DNA of 64,000 bases from assembly GCA_041288095.1 (NCBI GenBank), contig JBGGMJ010000187.1:1-64000 (forward strand), read 5' to 3'. Positions 36,328 to 45,900 of this stretch are shown here, in pieces. The stretch comes from Myxococcota bacterium. Lineage in GTDB: Bacteria; Myxococcota; XYA12-FULL-58-9; JALHOP01. Position 1 is the stretch's first letter. The number at the start of each line of letters is the position of its first letter. Both the position numbers and the translations under genes were made by a program. Below the pieces are notes generated by a model. That model was not told the origin of the DNA. It saw nothing but the letters and a program-made list of their open reading frames with translations, and ran no database searches.

Positions 36328-37547
36328 GACGCGCGGCGCTTCTGGGTGCGGTCGTGCTGGGTGGGTGCTTCGCCGACGCGACCTCGCGCGTGGTCGCGGT
36401 CGATCCGACGAGCGGTGTGAACGACGCGAGCACGCCCATCACCATCTCGGGGCACCACCTCGACGTGGGAGTCGACGAGCGCTTCGACACCGAAGTGCTG
36501 AGCATCGATCGCTCTTACTCCGCGCGTCTGGGCGAGCGCGACCTCACCGACGTGCGCTGGATTGACACGCAGACCATCAGCGCCAGCGTTCCCGCGGGGC
36601 TTTTGCCGGGGACGTACGACTTGCTGGTCGTGGGACCGCGCCGCCGGCTCACGTTGCCGCGGGCGTTCACGGTCGTGTCAGAGGTCTTGCGCCAGGATTG
36701 CGCACCGGAAGCCACGCGCGTCGTCGACGCGGCGACGCTTGCTGCCGCCGTGAGCAGCGCCAACTCCAGCCCCGGAGAGCAGCAGATCTGTGTCGACGCG
36801 ATCATCACCCTCACGGCGACCCTCACCATGACAGACGATCTCGTGCTTTACGGCACGCCGCGCGGCGCCTTGGCTGGTGACGGGCTGGCTCCGGGCGCGA
36901 CCGGGCTAGTCATCGACGGCGGTGACGTGCGTATCGAGGATCTGCGCTTCACGACCTTCTCCACGCTGGCGGTGGAATCCGATAGCGGCACCTTGGTCGT
37001 GCGGCGCAGCGTCTTCGTCGACTGCACCGAGGCGATCGATGGGAACACGCAGATCGAAGTCGATCGGTGCACTTTCGACGGCGGCAACGGCGCCGCCATC
37101 CGCGCCAGCAGCGTGCGCGGCGCGGTCGTTCGCATTCACCACAACATCGTCGCCAATCACGCGCGCGCCGTGCAGGTCGACGACCTCGACGAGATCCGCA
37201 TCGACAACAACACCTTCCACCGTCTGACGGACGACGCCTTGCGTGTCGACTTCGTCGCCGCGGTTCGTGTCCGCAATAACATCTTCAACCTGTTCACAGG
37301 TGATGCCGCCGAGCTCCCGGGCTCGACCATGGCCGAGCCGGCCACCGCGAACGCGCTCACCCCGGCAGTGGCCTGCTCGTCGTGCATCTTCGGCGCCGGC
37401 AACCCCGTGGTCGACTGCCGCCTCACCGATCCGGACAACGGCGATTTCACGCTGGATGCGACGAGCCCATGCATCGATGCCGGGGTCGATGTAGGCTCGT
37501 TGTTCGAGGGAGCAGCTCCGGATCTAGGGGCGCTCGAGAGCCGATGA
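36324..37547 (+). CDS. lipoprotein with IPT/TIG-like domain and right-handed beta-helix (choice-of-anchor-Q-like end)
   Basis: lipobox LGGC; TPITISG, GLLPGTYDL, NNTF..RNNIF, GDFTL..SPCIDAG and APDLGALE motifs; ATGA coupling. Confidence 0.75.
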   Translation: MRRAALLGAVVLGGCFADATSRVVAVDPTSGVNDASTPITISGHHLDVGVDERFDTEVLSIDRSYSARLGERDLTDVRWIDTQTISASVPAGLLPGTYDLLVVGPRRRLTLPRAFTVVSEVLRQDCAPEATRVVDAATLAAAVSSANSSPGEQQICVDAIITLTATLTMTDDLVLYGTPRGALAGDGLAPGATGLVIDGGDVRIEDLRFTTFSTLAVESDSGTLVVRRSVFVDCTEAIDGNTQIEVDRCTFDGGNGAAIRASSVRGAVVRIHHNIVANHARAVQVDDLDEIRIDNNTFHRLTDDALRVDFVAAVRVRNNIFNLFTGDAAELPGSTMAEPATANALTPAVACSSCIFGAGNPVVDCRLTDPDNGDFTLDATSPCIDAGVDVGSLFEGAAPDLGALESR

Positions 37548-37578
37548 CCTGTAACCGTTCTCCCGGTCGCGACTAGGT

Positions 37579-38229
37579 ATGGCAACGTCCATATCGCGGC
37601 AGGTGTCTGCGACCGAGTGCGCAACTGTGCGATCTGGCGAGGGTGCGGGAGATCAACGTGTGGTGCGTGGCACACCTGAGTGGGAGCGCGATTGCGTCGA
37701 GCGCAGCCGCCGCGGCGACGAGGACGCGTTCGGCGAGCTCCTGGCCACCTACCAGAGCCGTGTGTTCAGCCTTGTGGCGCGTTGGGTGGGACGGCGGGAC
37801 GAAGCCCACGAGCTCACACAGGAGGCGTTCTTGATCGCCTTTCGCGAACAGGAGCGCTTCGACGTGACGCGGCCATTTCGACCCTGGCTGCTCAAGATTG
37901 CCGTCAATGTCTGCCGCAACCACATGCGCCGCCACGCGCGCCGCGAAGTTCCCCACAGCCCCGAGCCTGTGAGTCAGGGCTTGTGGCAGCTCGCCGAGCC
38001 GACCCCCGAAGCCTCGGCGGCCCAACGCGCCGAAGGCCGCCGCCTCGCCGCTGCGATGCAAGAGCTCAGCACCGACGATCGCACCATCCTGCTGCTACGC
38101 TTTCGTGAGGACCTGCCGTACGAGGAGCTTGCTGTCGTGCTAGGTCGGCCACAGACCCTGCTCAAAGTGCGTGTCCACCGCGCCTTGAAACGCCTGCGGC
38201 GCATGCTCGAACAGGAGCCGGCGCCATGA
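37579..38229 (+). CDS. ECF RNA polymerase sigma factor
   Basis: GDEDAFGEL, ELTQEAFL, FRPWLLKIAVN and LPYEELA..VRVHRAL motifs; true start may be downstream. Confidence 0.93.
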   Translation: MATSISRQVSATECATVRSGEGAGDQRVVRGTPEWERDCVERSRRGDEDAFGELLATYQSRVFSLVARWVGRRDEAHELTQEAFLIAFREQERFDVTRPFRPWLLKIAVNVCRNHMRRHARREVPHSPEPVSQGLWQLAEPTPEASAAQRAEGRRLAAAMQELSTDDRTILLLRFREDLPYEELAVVLGRPQTLLKVRVHRALKRLRRMLEQEPAP

Positions 38230-39233
38230 GCAGCCCAACCGACGATCAGGTGCGCAAAGCGCTGCGTAGCCTCGAGTCACTCACGCCCGACCGCGATCTG
38301 GTCGAAGCAGCGCGCATGCGTCATCGCGCGGAGCAGACGCGAGTCAAGCGGCCGCGTCGTGCCTGGCCCTTGCTGGTGCTCGGTGGCGGCGTCGCCGCCG
38401 TTGCGGCGTTGCTGGTGGCGATTGCCCCGCTACCGCGTCACCCCGAGGGTCAGTCCGCGATAGCGACGCTAGTCGTCCTCGAGGTCCAGGGCACGGCATG
38501 GCAAGGAGAAGGCGCCGCGCGGGTCGCGCTCCACCCTGGAGACCACGTCCGCCGCGATACCGCCTTCAGCACCGACGACGGCGCGCGTGCCACCTTTCTC
38601 GATGCCGGCGCGAGCGCGCTCACCCTGAGCGAAGCCTCGCGAGCGCGCTGGCTCACCGCCGAAGCGGACGCGAGCCGGGTCGAGGTCGAGCACGGCGTCA
38701 TGCGCATCGATGCGAAGAGCGCGGTGATTCCGCTGGTCGTGACCATCGCCGGCGCGAGCGAGGCATTGCGCATCGAGGCTGGGAGCCTGGGCGTCGTCGC
38801 CGGCTCGGGCACGGGGAGCTTCGCGGTGCTCGAGGGAGAAGCGTTGCTCACCCGCGGGGCGGCAGCCGAAACCATCAAGCGCGGCCGAGAAGTGGTCGCG
38901 CGCCGCGACGCCACCGAAGCCGTCGCAACCGAGCTGCGCCTCACCCTGGCGTCGGTCGGTGCGCTCACGAGTGCCACGCAGAGCGTGGTGGTGAGCGGCG
39001 AGACGCGACCCGGAGTGCTCGTCACCATCAACGGTGTCGACGCGCTGGTCGACGCCGAGGGTCGCTTCTCGGCGAAGATCACCCTCACGGCATCCACGCG
39101 TCGCATCGTCATCATCGCGCGTGACGCTCTCGACCGCTCCCGCCGCGCCGTGCTCGCGGTGCAGCGGCCGGTGCGCGAGCCGCGCGAGCGCCCAGCCGAG
39201 ACGCACTGGCAGTGGGAGCGCACTCCGGGCTGA
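38226..39233 (+). CDS. FecR-like anti-sigma factor with C-terminal Ig-like domain
   Basis: single TM; FecR-like T..GARA....GA..LTL.E.S and VLEGEA; VSGETRPG..VTING...DAEGRFS; ATGA overlap with the sigma gene. Confidence 0.75.
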   Translation: MSSPTDDQVRKALRSLESLTPDRDLVEAARMRHRAEQTRVKRPRRAWPLLVLGGGVAAVAALLVAIAPLPRHPEGQSAIATLVVLEVQGTAWQGEGAARVALHPGDHVRRDTAFSTDDGARATFLDAGASALTLSEASRARWLTAEADASRVEVEHGVMRIDAKSAVIPLVVTIAGASEALRIEAGSLGVVAGSGTGSFAVLEGEALLTRGAAAETIKRGREVVARRDATEAVATELRLTLASVGALTSATQSVVVSGETRPGVLVTINGVDALVDAEGRFSAKITLTASTRRIVIIARDALDRSRRAVLAVQRPVREPRERPAETHWQWERTPG

Positions 39234-39359
39234 CGACGCACCCACTGAAGCGGGTACGTTGCGAGCCATGGCCGCTCCTGTCTGACTCGAGGTCAGCCGT
39301 CGACATCAACCGTTCCGCGGCTCGGCAGCGAATGTTCACCAGCTGGAGGTTTTCCGTTC

Positions 39360-39737
39360 ATGGCTGGTGCCGCCCCGTTGACTGATGTTTCCCCCGAAGT
39401 AACCTCGTTCTTGATCCGAGCCGCGGCGATGAGCAGTGGCAATCCCGACGAGCTGACCTCGCAAGAGCTCGACTCCCAGATCGCGTCGCAGAACCGCATC
39501 GGCTTGGAGCGGCTCGGTGCCTATGCCGCGGCCGCCAAGGGCCAACCGGCCGAGCGCGACGTCCTCAGCGCAGAGAACCACCATCGCACCGCGAACCACC
39601 TGCTCGGCATCCGACGCGCGCTGTTCGGTGATGGCCAAGGGGCCATGAAGACGCCCGATGCGCTGTCACGCGCCAGCGGCTTCAGACTGCAATGGAACCA
39701 GGTTCCCGGCGAGTTCCCGACGCGCTGCTCGCGCTAG
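39360..39737 (+). CDS. hypothetical protein
   Basis: GGAGG RBS; 125 aa. Confidence 0.5.
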   Translation: MAGAAPLTDVSPEVTSFLIRAAAMSSGNPDELTSQELDSQIASQNRIGLERLGAYAAAAKGQPAERDVLSAENHHRTANHLLGIRRALFGDGQGAMKTPDALSRASGFRLQWNQVPGEFPTRCSR

Positions 39738-39850
39738 TTGTGGTCCGTTGACGCCGTGACCGTCGCGCCAGCGGACTGGGAGGCGGCTATCGCCAACCTA
39801 GCAAGCCGCCTCGAGTGACAGCGGTTCCCGCGCTCGCGCGTCCTAGAGTT

Positions 39851-40330
39851 CTAGGGCGACGACGGCGCAGACGGTGGCGAGCACTGCATGATCCGACATT
39901 CGCGGATGACGAGCGATCCCGGGTCGAGCACGGGATTCGCTTGGAGATGCAACAGGCCCGAGCAAGCGTCCAAGGCCGCGATGCCGGCCGCGTCGCGCGT
40001 CTTGCCATTCTTGGTCATCGAGACGCGCCGCTCATCCGAGTAGTCCGCCCCGCCGCTGTCATTGGGAGGAAGCCACGTCCCCGCAGCCAAGCAAGACCAG
40101 CCTGAGGGGCGCATCTCGGCCGCTAGCTTTTTGCACGACCACTTCGACTGAGCCAGGGTTTCGGCGGGCTTGGTATTACGCGGCGCGCAGTAGTTCATGC
40201 AGAAATCGTAAGTCCAAAGCTTGCACTCGCTGATCTTGCCGCAGAGAGCGTTGCACGACTTGTCCGCTTGCGCGGTGGCCGGCAGCAGCGAGAATACGAG
40301 GGGCAGCAGAAACAACGAGATGGCGCGCAT
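39851..40330 (-). CDS. small secreted Cys-rich protein
   Basis: signal peptide ending AQA; C..LC.KI.EC....C...C pattern. Confidence 0.7.
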   Translation of the reverse strand: MRAISLFLLPLVFSLLPATAQADKSCNALCGKISECKLWTYDFCMNYCAPRNTKPAETLAQSKWSCKKLAAEMRPSGWSCLAAGTWLPPNDSGGADYSDERRVSMTKNGKTRDAAGIAALDACSGLLHLQANPVLDPGSLVIRECRIMQCSPPSAPSSP

Positions 40331-40399
40331 GAAGCCACTTACCCGCCGCTTGCCGTCCGTGGCTCGACTCCTGTAGGGGGCCCTCGCTGGACCCCCACG

Positions 40400-41992
40400 A
40401 TGATCACCACTGAAGGCCTTTCGTTAGCGTACGGCAGACGCGTCCTGTTCGAGTCTGTTTCGGTAAAGCTCACCCCCGGGAACTGCTACGGGCTCATCGG
40501 TGCCAACGGCGCCGGCAAGTCGTCGTTCCTGAAGATCCTGGCAGGAGAGATCGAGCCCAGCGCGGGTAAAGTCTCCGTCCCCAAGGGTCTGCGCATGAGC
40601 GTGCTCAAGCAGGATCACTACGCCTTCGACGAGGTGACCGCGCTCGACACCGTGATCATGGGCCACCATCATCTCCACGAGCTGATGCGCGCCAAGGACG
40701 CGCTCTACGCCAAGCCCGATTTCAACGACGATGACGGGCTGCGCGTCTCCGAGCTCGAGGCCGAGTTCACCGACCTCGGTGGCTGGGATGCCGAAACCAA
40801 CGCGGCGCAGCTCCTGAGCAGTCTCGGCATCGCCACCGAGCAACACCGCCGTCTGATGAAGGAGCTCTCGGGCAATGAGAAGGTGCGCGTGCTTCTCGCG
40901 CAGGCGCTCTTCGGTGATCCCGAGATCTTGCTGATGGACGAGCCGACCAACCATCTCGACGTCGCCTCCATCCTCTGGCTCGAGGAGTTCTTGGCGGAGT
41001 TCAAGAACACCGTCGTCGTCGTCTCCCACGACCGGCACTTCTTGAACAACGTCTGCACGAACATCGCCGACATCGACTTTCAAAAGGTGCAGCTCTACAC
41101 CGGCAACTACGAGTTTTGGTACGAGTCGAGTCAGCTCGCGCTCAAGCAGAGCCGCGAGCAAAACAAGAAGACCGAAGACAAGATGAAGGAGCTGCAGGAG
41201 TTCGTCAGGCGCTTCAGCGCCAACGCCTCCAAGTCGCGGCAAGCCACTTCACGCAAGAAGGTCCTGGAGAAGCTGGACCTCGCCGAGATCAAACCATCCT
41301 CGCGCAAGTATCCGCACATCATCTTCCGAGACATGAAGGAGCTCGGCAAGGACGTCCTCACCGTGACCGGGCTTGCCAAGGCTCTCGAGCAGCCACTGCT
41401 CGACAAGGTCAGCTTCAACGTCGGCCGCGGGGAAAAGGTCGCGGTGGTGGGCGACGACCAAGCGGTTTCGGTCTTGCTGCGCACGCTGGCGGGTGAAGAC
41501 AAGCCGGACAAGGGCGAAGTGCGCTGGGGTCAGTCGGTCGCCTTGGGTTACATGCCGAGCGACAACGCGCGGTACTTCAACTCGCAGCTGAACCTCATCG
41601 ACTGGCTCCGCCAGTACTCCGAGGAGCAGAGCGAAAACTTCATCCGAACCTATCTCGGCCGGATGTTGTTTTCCGGCGAGGAATCGTTGAAGCCGGTCTC
41701 GGTGTTGTCAGGCGGCGAGCGCGTGCGCTGCATGCTCGCAAAGGCCATGCTGCTCGCGCCCAACGTGCTCTTGCTCGACCAGCCAACCGGCCACCTCGAT
41801 CTCGAATCCATCACCGCGCTCAACGACGCGCTGATCGCTTATCAAGGCACGGTCATCTTCGGTTCGCACGACGTGCAGTTTGCCCAGAGCCTGGCGACAC
41901 GCGTCGTCGAGGTCACGCCGACACGCTTCACCGACCTCGCGATGAGCTACGACGAGTACATGGATCGCACGAAGGCCGCGCAGCAATCCTAA
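40400..41992 (+). CDS. ABC-F family ATPase (YbiT/YkpA-like)
   Basis: GANGAGKS, DEPTNHLD, SHDRHFL, ANASKSRQATSR linker, second NBD LSGGE; no TM segments. Confidence 0.93.
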   Translation: MITTEGLSLAYGRRVLFESVSVKLTPGNCYGLIGANGAGKSSFLKILAGEIEPSAGKVSVPKGLRMSVLKQDHYAFDEVTALDTVIMGHHHLHELMRAKDALYAKPDFNDDDGLRVSELEAEFTDLGGWDAETNAAQLLSSLGIATEQHRRLMKELSGNEKVRVLLAQALFGDPEILLMDEPTNHLDVASILWLEEFLAEFKNTVVVVSHDRHFLNNVCTNIADIDFQKVQLYTGNYEFWYESSQLALKQSREQNKKTEDKMKELQEFVRRFSANASKSRQATSRKKVLEKLDLAEIKPSSRKYPHIIFRDMKELGKDVLTVTGLAKALEQPLLDKVSFNVGRGEKVAVVGDDQAVSVLLRTLAGEDKPDKGEVRWGQSVALGYMPSDNARYFNSQLNLIDWLRQYSEEQSENFIRTYLGRMLFSGEESLKPVSVLSGGERVRCMLAKAMLLAPNVLLLDQPTGHLDLESITALNDALIAYQGTVIFGSHDVQFAQSLATRVVEVTPTRFTDLAMSYDEYMDRTKAAQQS

Positions 41993-42001
41993 ACAAAGAC
42001 A

Positions 42002-42051
42002 GATCGACCAGGAACCTTCTTGCGCAGGTCGTTGATTCGCCTGATCGATCA
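42002..42051 (-). repeat. dispersed repeat copy 2 with an imperfect inverted partner
   Basis: GATCGACCAGGAACCTTCT 42002-42020; CCTGATCGATCA 42040-42051. Confidence 0.75.
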
Positions 42052-42056
42052 AGTCC

Positions 42057-42806
42057 CTACCTGACTTGGCTGCTCCGAGGATCGAACGCGCCCGCCCAGG
42101 GATAAGCCGAGCCAAATGGCTTAGGGCACTCGCGCCACTCGATTTCCCCCTTCGTAGGGTCGAAGACCGCGGCCCAGGGTGCCTCATCGTAGGCACCGCG
42201 CTTCCACTCGAGCGCGCCCTTCGCGGGGTTGAAGGCAGCGGTCCAGGGGAGAACTTTTCCAAAGTCGTACTCCGCCCGCTTCCATTCGACCTTGCCGGTG
42301 GTTGGGTCGAACGCGCCACCGAACGGGTAGATGTAGTTGTTGATGTTCTTGGCCTTGACCCACTCGAGCTCGCCCTTCACTGGATTGAAGACGCCGCTCC
42401 ACGGATAAACGTAGCCGTTGACGTTCTCCGCCTCGCGCCAGACCACCTCGCCCTTTATCGGATCGAATACGCCGGTCCACGGACGGGGGTCGTCGAGACG
42501 GAATTCGGCCTGCTTCCACTCGACCGTTCCTTTGACCGGGTCAAAAGCCGCCGCCCAGGGAAGAGCCGGGCCAATCTTGCCCCGCGAAGCCTGCCGCCAT
42601 TGCGGAGCACCGCTTGGACCAGCGCCAGGCCTCAAGCCGTACGTCGACTCGATCCAGGCATCGATCTGGGCGTCGCTGAGCTTCGAGCCGAGCGTCTTCA
42701 AACGCTGCTTGAGGGCGGTGGGCCAAGCAGGCACGGTCGCCGAGCCGGCCACGGTACCGTGAACGTTCGAGACTCCGCGCGCAAACCCCGTGCGTTCAAA
42801 TTGCAT
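42057..42806 (-). CDS. hypothetical Trp-rich tandem-repeat protein, no signal peptide
   Basis: 7 copies (last truncated) of a ~26 aa PWxxxF(D/N)PxKGxxEW unit. Confidence 0.75.
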   Translation of the reverse strand: MQFERTGFARGVSNVHGTVAGSATVPAWPTALKQRLKTLGSKLSDAQIDAWIESTYGLRPGAGPSGAPQWRQASRGKIGPALPWAAAFDPVKGTVEWKQAEFRLDDPRPWTGVFDPIKGEVVWREAENVNGYVYPWSGVFNPVKGELEWVKAKNINNYIYPFGGAFDPTTGKVEWKRAEYDFGKVLPWTAAFNPAKGALEWKRGAYDEAPWAAVFDPTKGEIEWRECPKPFGSAYPWAGAFDPRSSQVR

Positions 42807-42852
42807 GCGTCGATCCTACGAGGCTTCCGCGCCGGATTGGCGCCAGGGCTGT

Positions 42853-42879
42853 GAATCGGCCCACAGGCGCAGAAGTTTC
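42853..42879 (-). promoter_or_regulatory. sigma-28-like promoter GAAA-N15-GCCGATTC
   Basis: minus strand gaaac ttctgcgcctgtgg gccgattc. Confidence 0.55.
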
Positions 42880-42962
42880 GCCTTTGGCACGGTCGCACCA
42901 GTGCCGGGCCTGCACCGAGCGCGCCGCAACATGCGGGGAGGCGGTCGCGCGCCGGCTCTGCC

Positions 42963-45900
42963 TCAATGCGCCGGCACGATGCCGACGTTGTTGTCCTCGA
43001 GACACTCACGCTCGCCGATGCCAAACGGGTCGTCGTCCGCTCGCACGTAGACGTCCACCGACAGCGGGCAAGAGAGAGCGAGGCTGATGACCTGACACCG
43101 GACGCTGCTGCACTCACCGGACTCAAGCCCCGTCGCCGGGGTGATGCGGCACAAGAGCTCGCCCCCGGCGCTCGGATCTCCCAGGTAGAACCCCACCGGA
43201 ACCGGACCGATGTCAGCGGTGCCGCGATTGCATAGCTGAGCCAAGACTGTGAGCTCGGCGCCGGCCTCGCCATAGCTACACGTGACGCGGGGTCTCACGG
43301 TGGCGTCCGGTGAGCTCTCTGGGTTCACGTCGGTCAGTAGATTCTGGCGAAAGTTGTTGAGCCCAGGGACGGCCCAGTTCCTGGTTGCAGCCGGTGTGGC
43401 AACGCCAAGCTCGCCGGTGTGCGCGATCGAGTAGGCGTGCTGGTTCCAGATGCGGCGCGTGTCGACCCAGCGGTCCAAGATGTCGCGGTACACCACGACA
43501 CCATTAAAGGCACCGGGGCGGTAGGCACGGCAGGTGCTGCGGCTTCCCAGAAAGTCGTACGCGGCATCCGGCTTGCGATCGGAGCAGATGTGGAAGGTGG
43601 ACGCTGGCCCGCAATGCGCGTCGTTCGCGCAGGTGCACAAGCCGAGCTCGACATCGTTCGGATCGGCGCCCGCAAGGCATCGACCATCCGGGCCCGCCCC
43701 GTACTTACACGCGCAAGAGCCCGGTGGCCCTGCGCAGTCTGCGTCCGTCTCGCACCGCAGGCCGGCGAATTGAGCGTCGACCCGGCGCGCGTCACTGGCC
43801 GAGGCAGCAACCGTGCTGCTGGTGCAGTCGATGTCGCAGTTGCTGTTCGAGGGCACGACGACCTCGGCGTTGAAGTCGCCGTCGACGTCCGCGATGACGG
43901 GGTTTTCGTACCAAGTGCACGAGGAGTGATACTGCGAGTAGAGCACCGAGCCGCTGCGTCCATCGTAAACGCGCGTGAAGCACTCGTCGGCGTACACCGA
44001 CTCTGCCCGGCCGTCGCCCTCGAAGTCGAAGACCGATGAGCCGGTCACGTTCGAGCTATTGTCCTGGCTGGCGATCCGGAAGAGCACGCCCTTCGGGAAG
44101 CCCTTGCCATGCGTCGGGCACGTCGAGACGTTGGCGACACCTTTGCAGGTCACGACTTCGGGTGTCTCGCCGTCGCAGTCGGGATCATAGACACCGAAGA
44201 AGTTCTGCGAGGCGACCGCGACCTCGGCGCGACAATCGCCGTCGAAGTCGGCCACCGTCGGCGGTCCGCCGGTACCTACGCCCAGGGCCACGACGAAATC
44301 CGTCGCCGCGGCATCCGGGTAGTCGATGATGCGACCGGAGGTCGTCTGGATATAGACGCTGCCGCTGCTCACGACGGCGATCTCGGCAGCTGCGTCTCGG
44401 GTAGCGCGGTCGTTGGCGACGGGGCCGTAGGTGCCGAAGTCCGCGATAGCGACTTGGCCATAGTTCCCCGCGATGGTCTGCTCGTTGACGGCGCTCCAGG
44501 CCCGACCCACTCCGTCCCAGGCGTAGACGTGCGCGCCATCCACCCATTCGACGATGCCGTCGGCATCGACATCGCCGACGATCGGAAAGATGCCGAGGCT
44601 GTAGGGTTGGCAAGAAACCGCGCCGTTACCGGCGACGCTGAGAAAGCGTCCATTGGCGGCGTAGGTATAGGGCCCGTAGAGCACCTCGGGCGGACCATCA
44701 CCATCGAGGTCGAAGACCGACGGACCAGACCACAAGACGGGCGCGTCACTGCAGGCGTTGTCCCAGGCGCTACCCGCACCGTTGGTGGAATGCCACGCGA
44801 GCTCGAACGCGCCACGACCGGCGCGCGCCGCGGGCGCGTAGCGGAAGGCAACGAGCCCACCATAGTCCGGCGAGAGGCTTCCCGAAGTCGAGGCATGTGC
44901 CACGATCTCGGAGCGGGTCGGCGCCGTGCGATCGAGATCCGCGAGTGCCACCGGATTGCAGGCCCGCACATCGGGAAAGCTCCCGACTCGTGCAGCCGGC
45001 GCTAGATCCGCAGGAGTGTAGAGGTCGTCACGCCGGCGGTTCACCACGAACTGCGTGCGGCAATCGCGACCGTCGATGACGCGGATGATGCCGCTGTCCT
45101 GGCAGTCGATGCTACCGCCGCCGTCGTGGTCGGTGGCGACGAAGACGATGGACGGATTGAGGGTGTTTGGATTGCCGTCGAAATCGAAGTCCACCACGGT
45201 CGGCGTCGACAGCACTCGCGTGTGAGCGGCATAGGGATCGACGCAATACCCGCGAACGCAAGTGAGGCCGCCATAGCAGTCGGTGTCGGTCGCCGTATCG
45301 ACACATTCGTAGCAGGCTGGCCGCGTGCCCGGCGCGACGCGGCAGGTTTCGGTCGCGGCGCAGGCCGCTGGGCTTGCGGCGCAGCTCGTGTGGCACGTGC
45401 CGCCTTCGCAGATTTCCCGGGTGCTGCAATCGCTGTCGGCGCCGCAGCCGACGCATAGCCCGTCCTGGCAAGTCTTGGCGTCGCCGGCGGGGTTTTCGCA
45501 GGTGCCGCAGTGGGCAACACGGTCGGTTGGACCGGTCCATATGCATTGATGACCCGGCGCAAAAACGCCGACGACGATCTCGTTGGCGCAGTCCTCGTTG
45601 AACGGCGGGTGGTCGGGGTCGAGACCATACGGAAGACACGACCCCGCTGGATTGCACGGCGCACCGCCGGGGCAGTTGCAATACGAGTCGTCCTCGCATT
45701 CACCGTCCTCGATGCAGGGACCCTGATCACGAATGCAGGTGTCGAAGGCACAGACCTCACCGCCGGTGCAGCAGCTCTGACCGCAGGCCACCTCGCCGCC
45801 GCTACATTGCTCGGCACATTCTCCGCCGGAGCAGAAGTAACCCACGTCGCAGCAGGTCTGGGCCGCGCCGCACCGTATCGAGCTCTCGCAAGCAAAGGTG

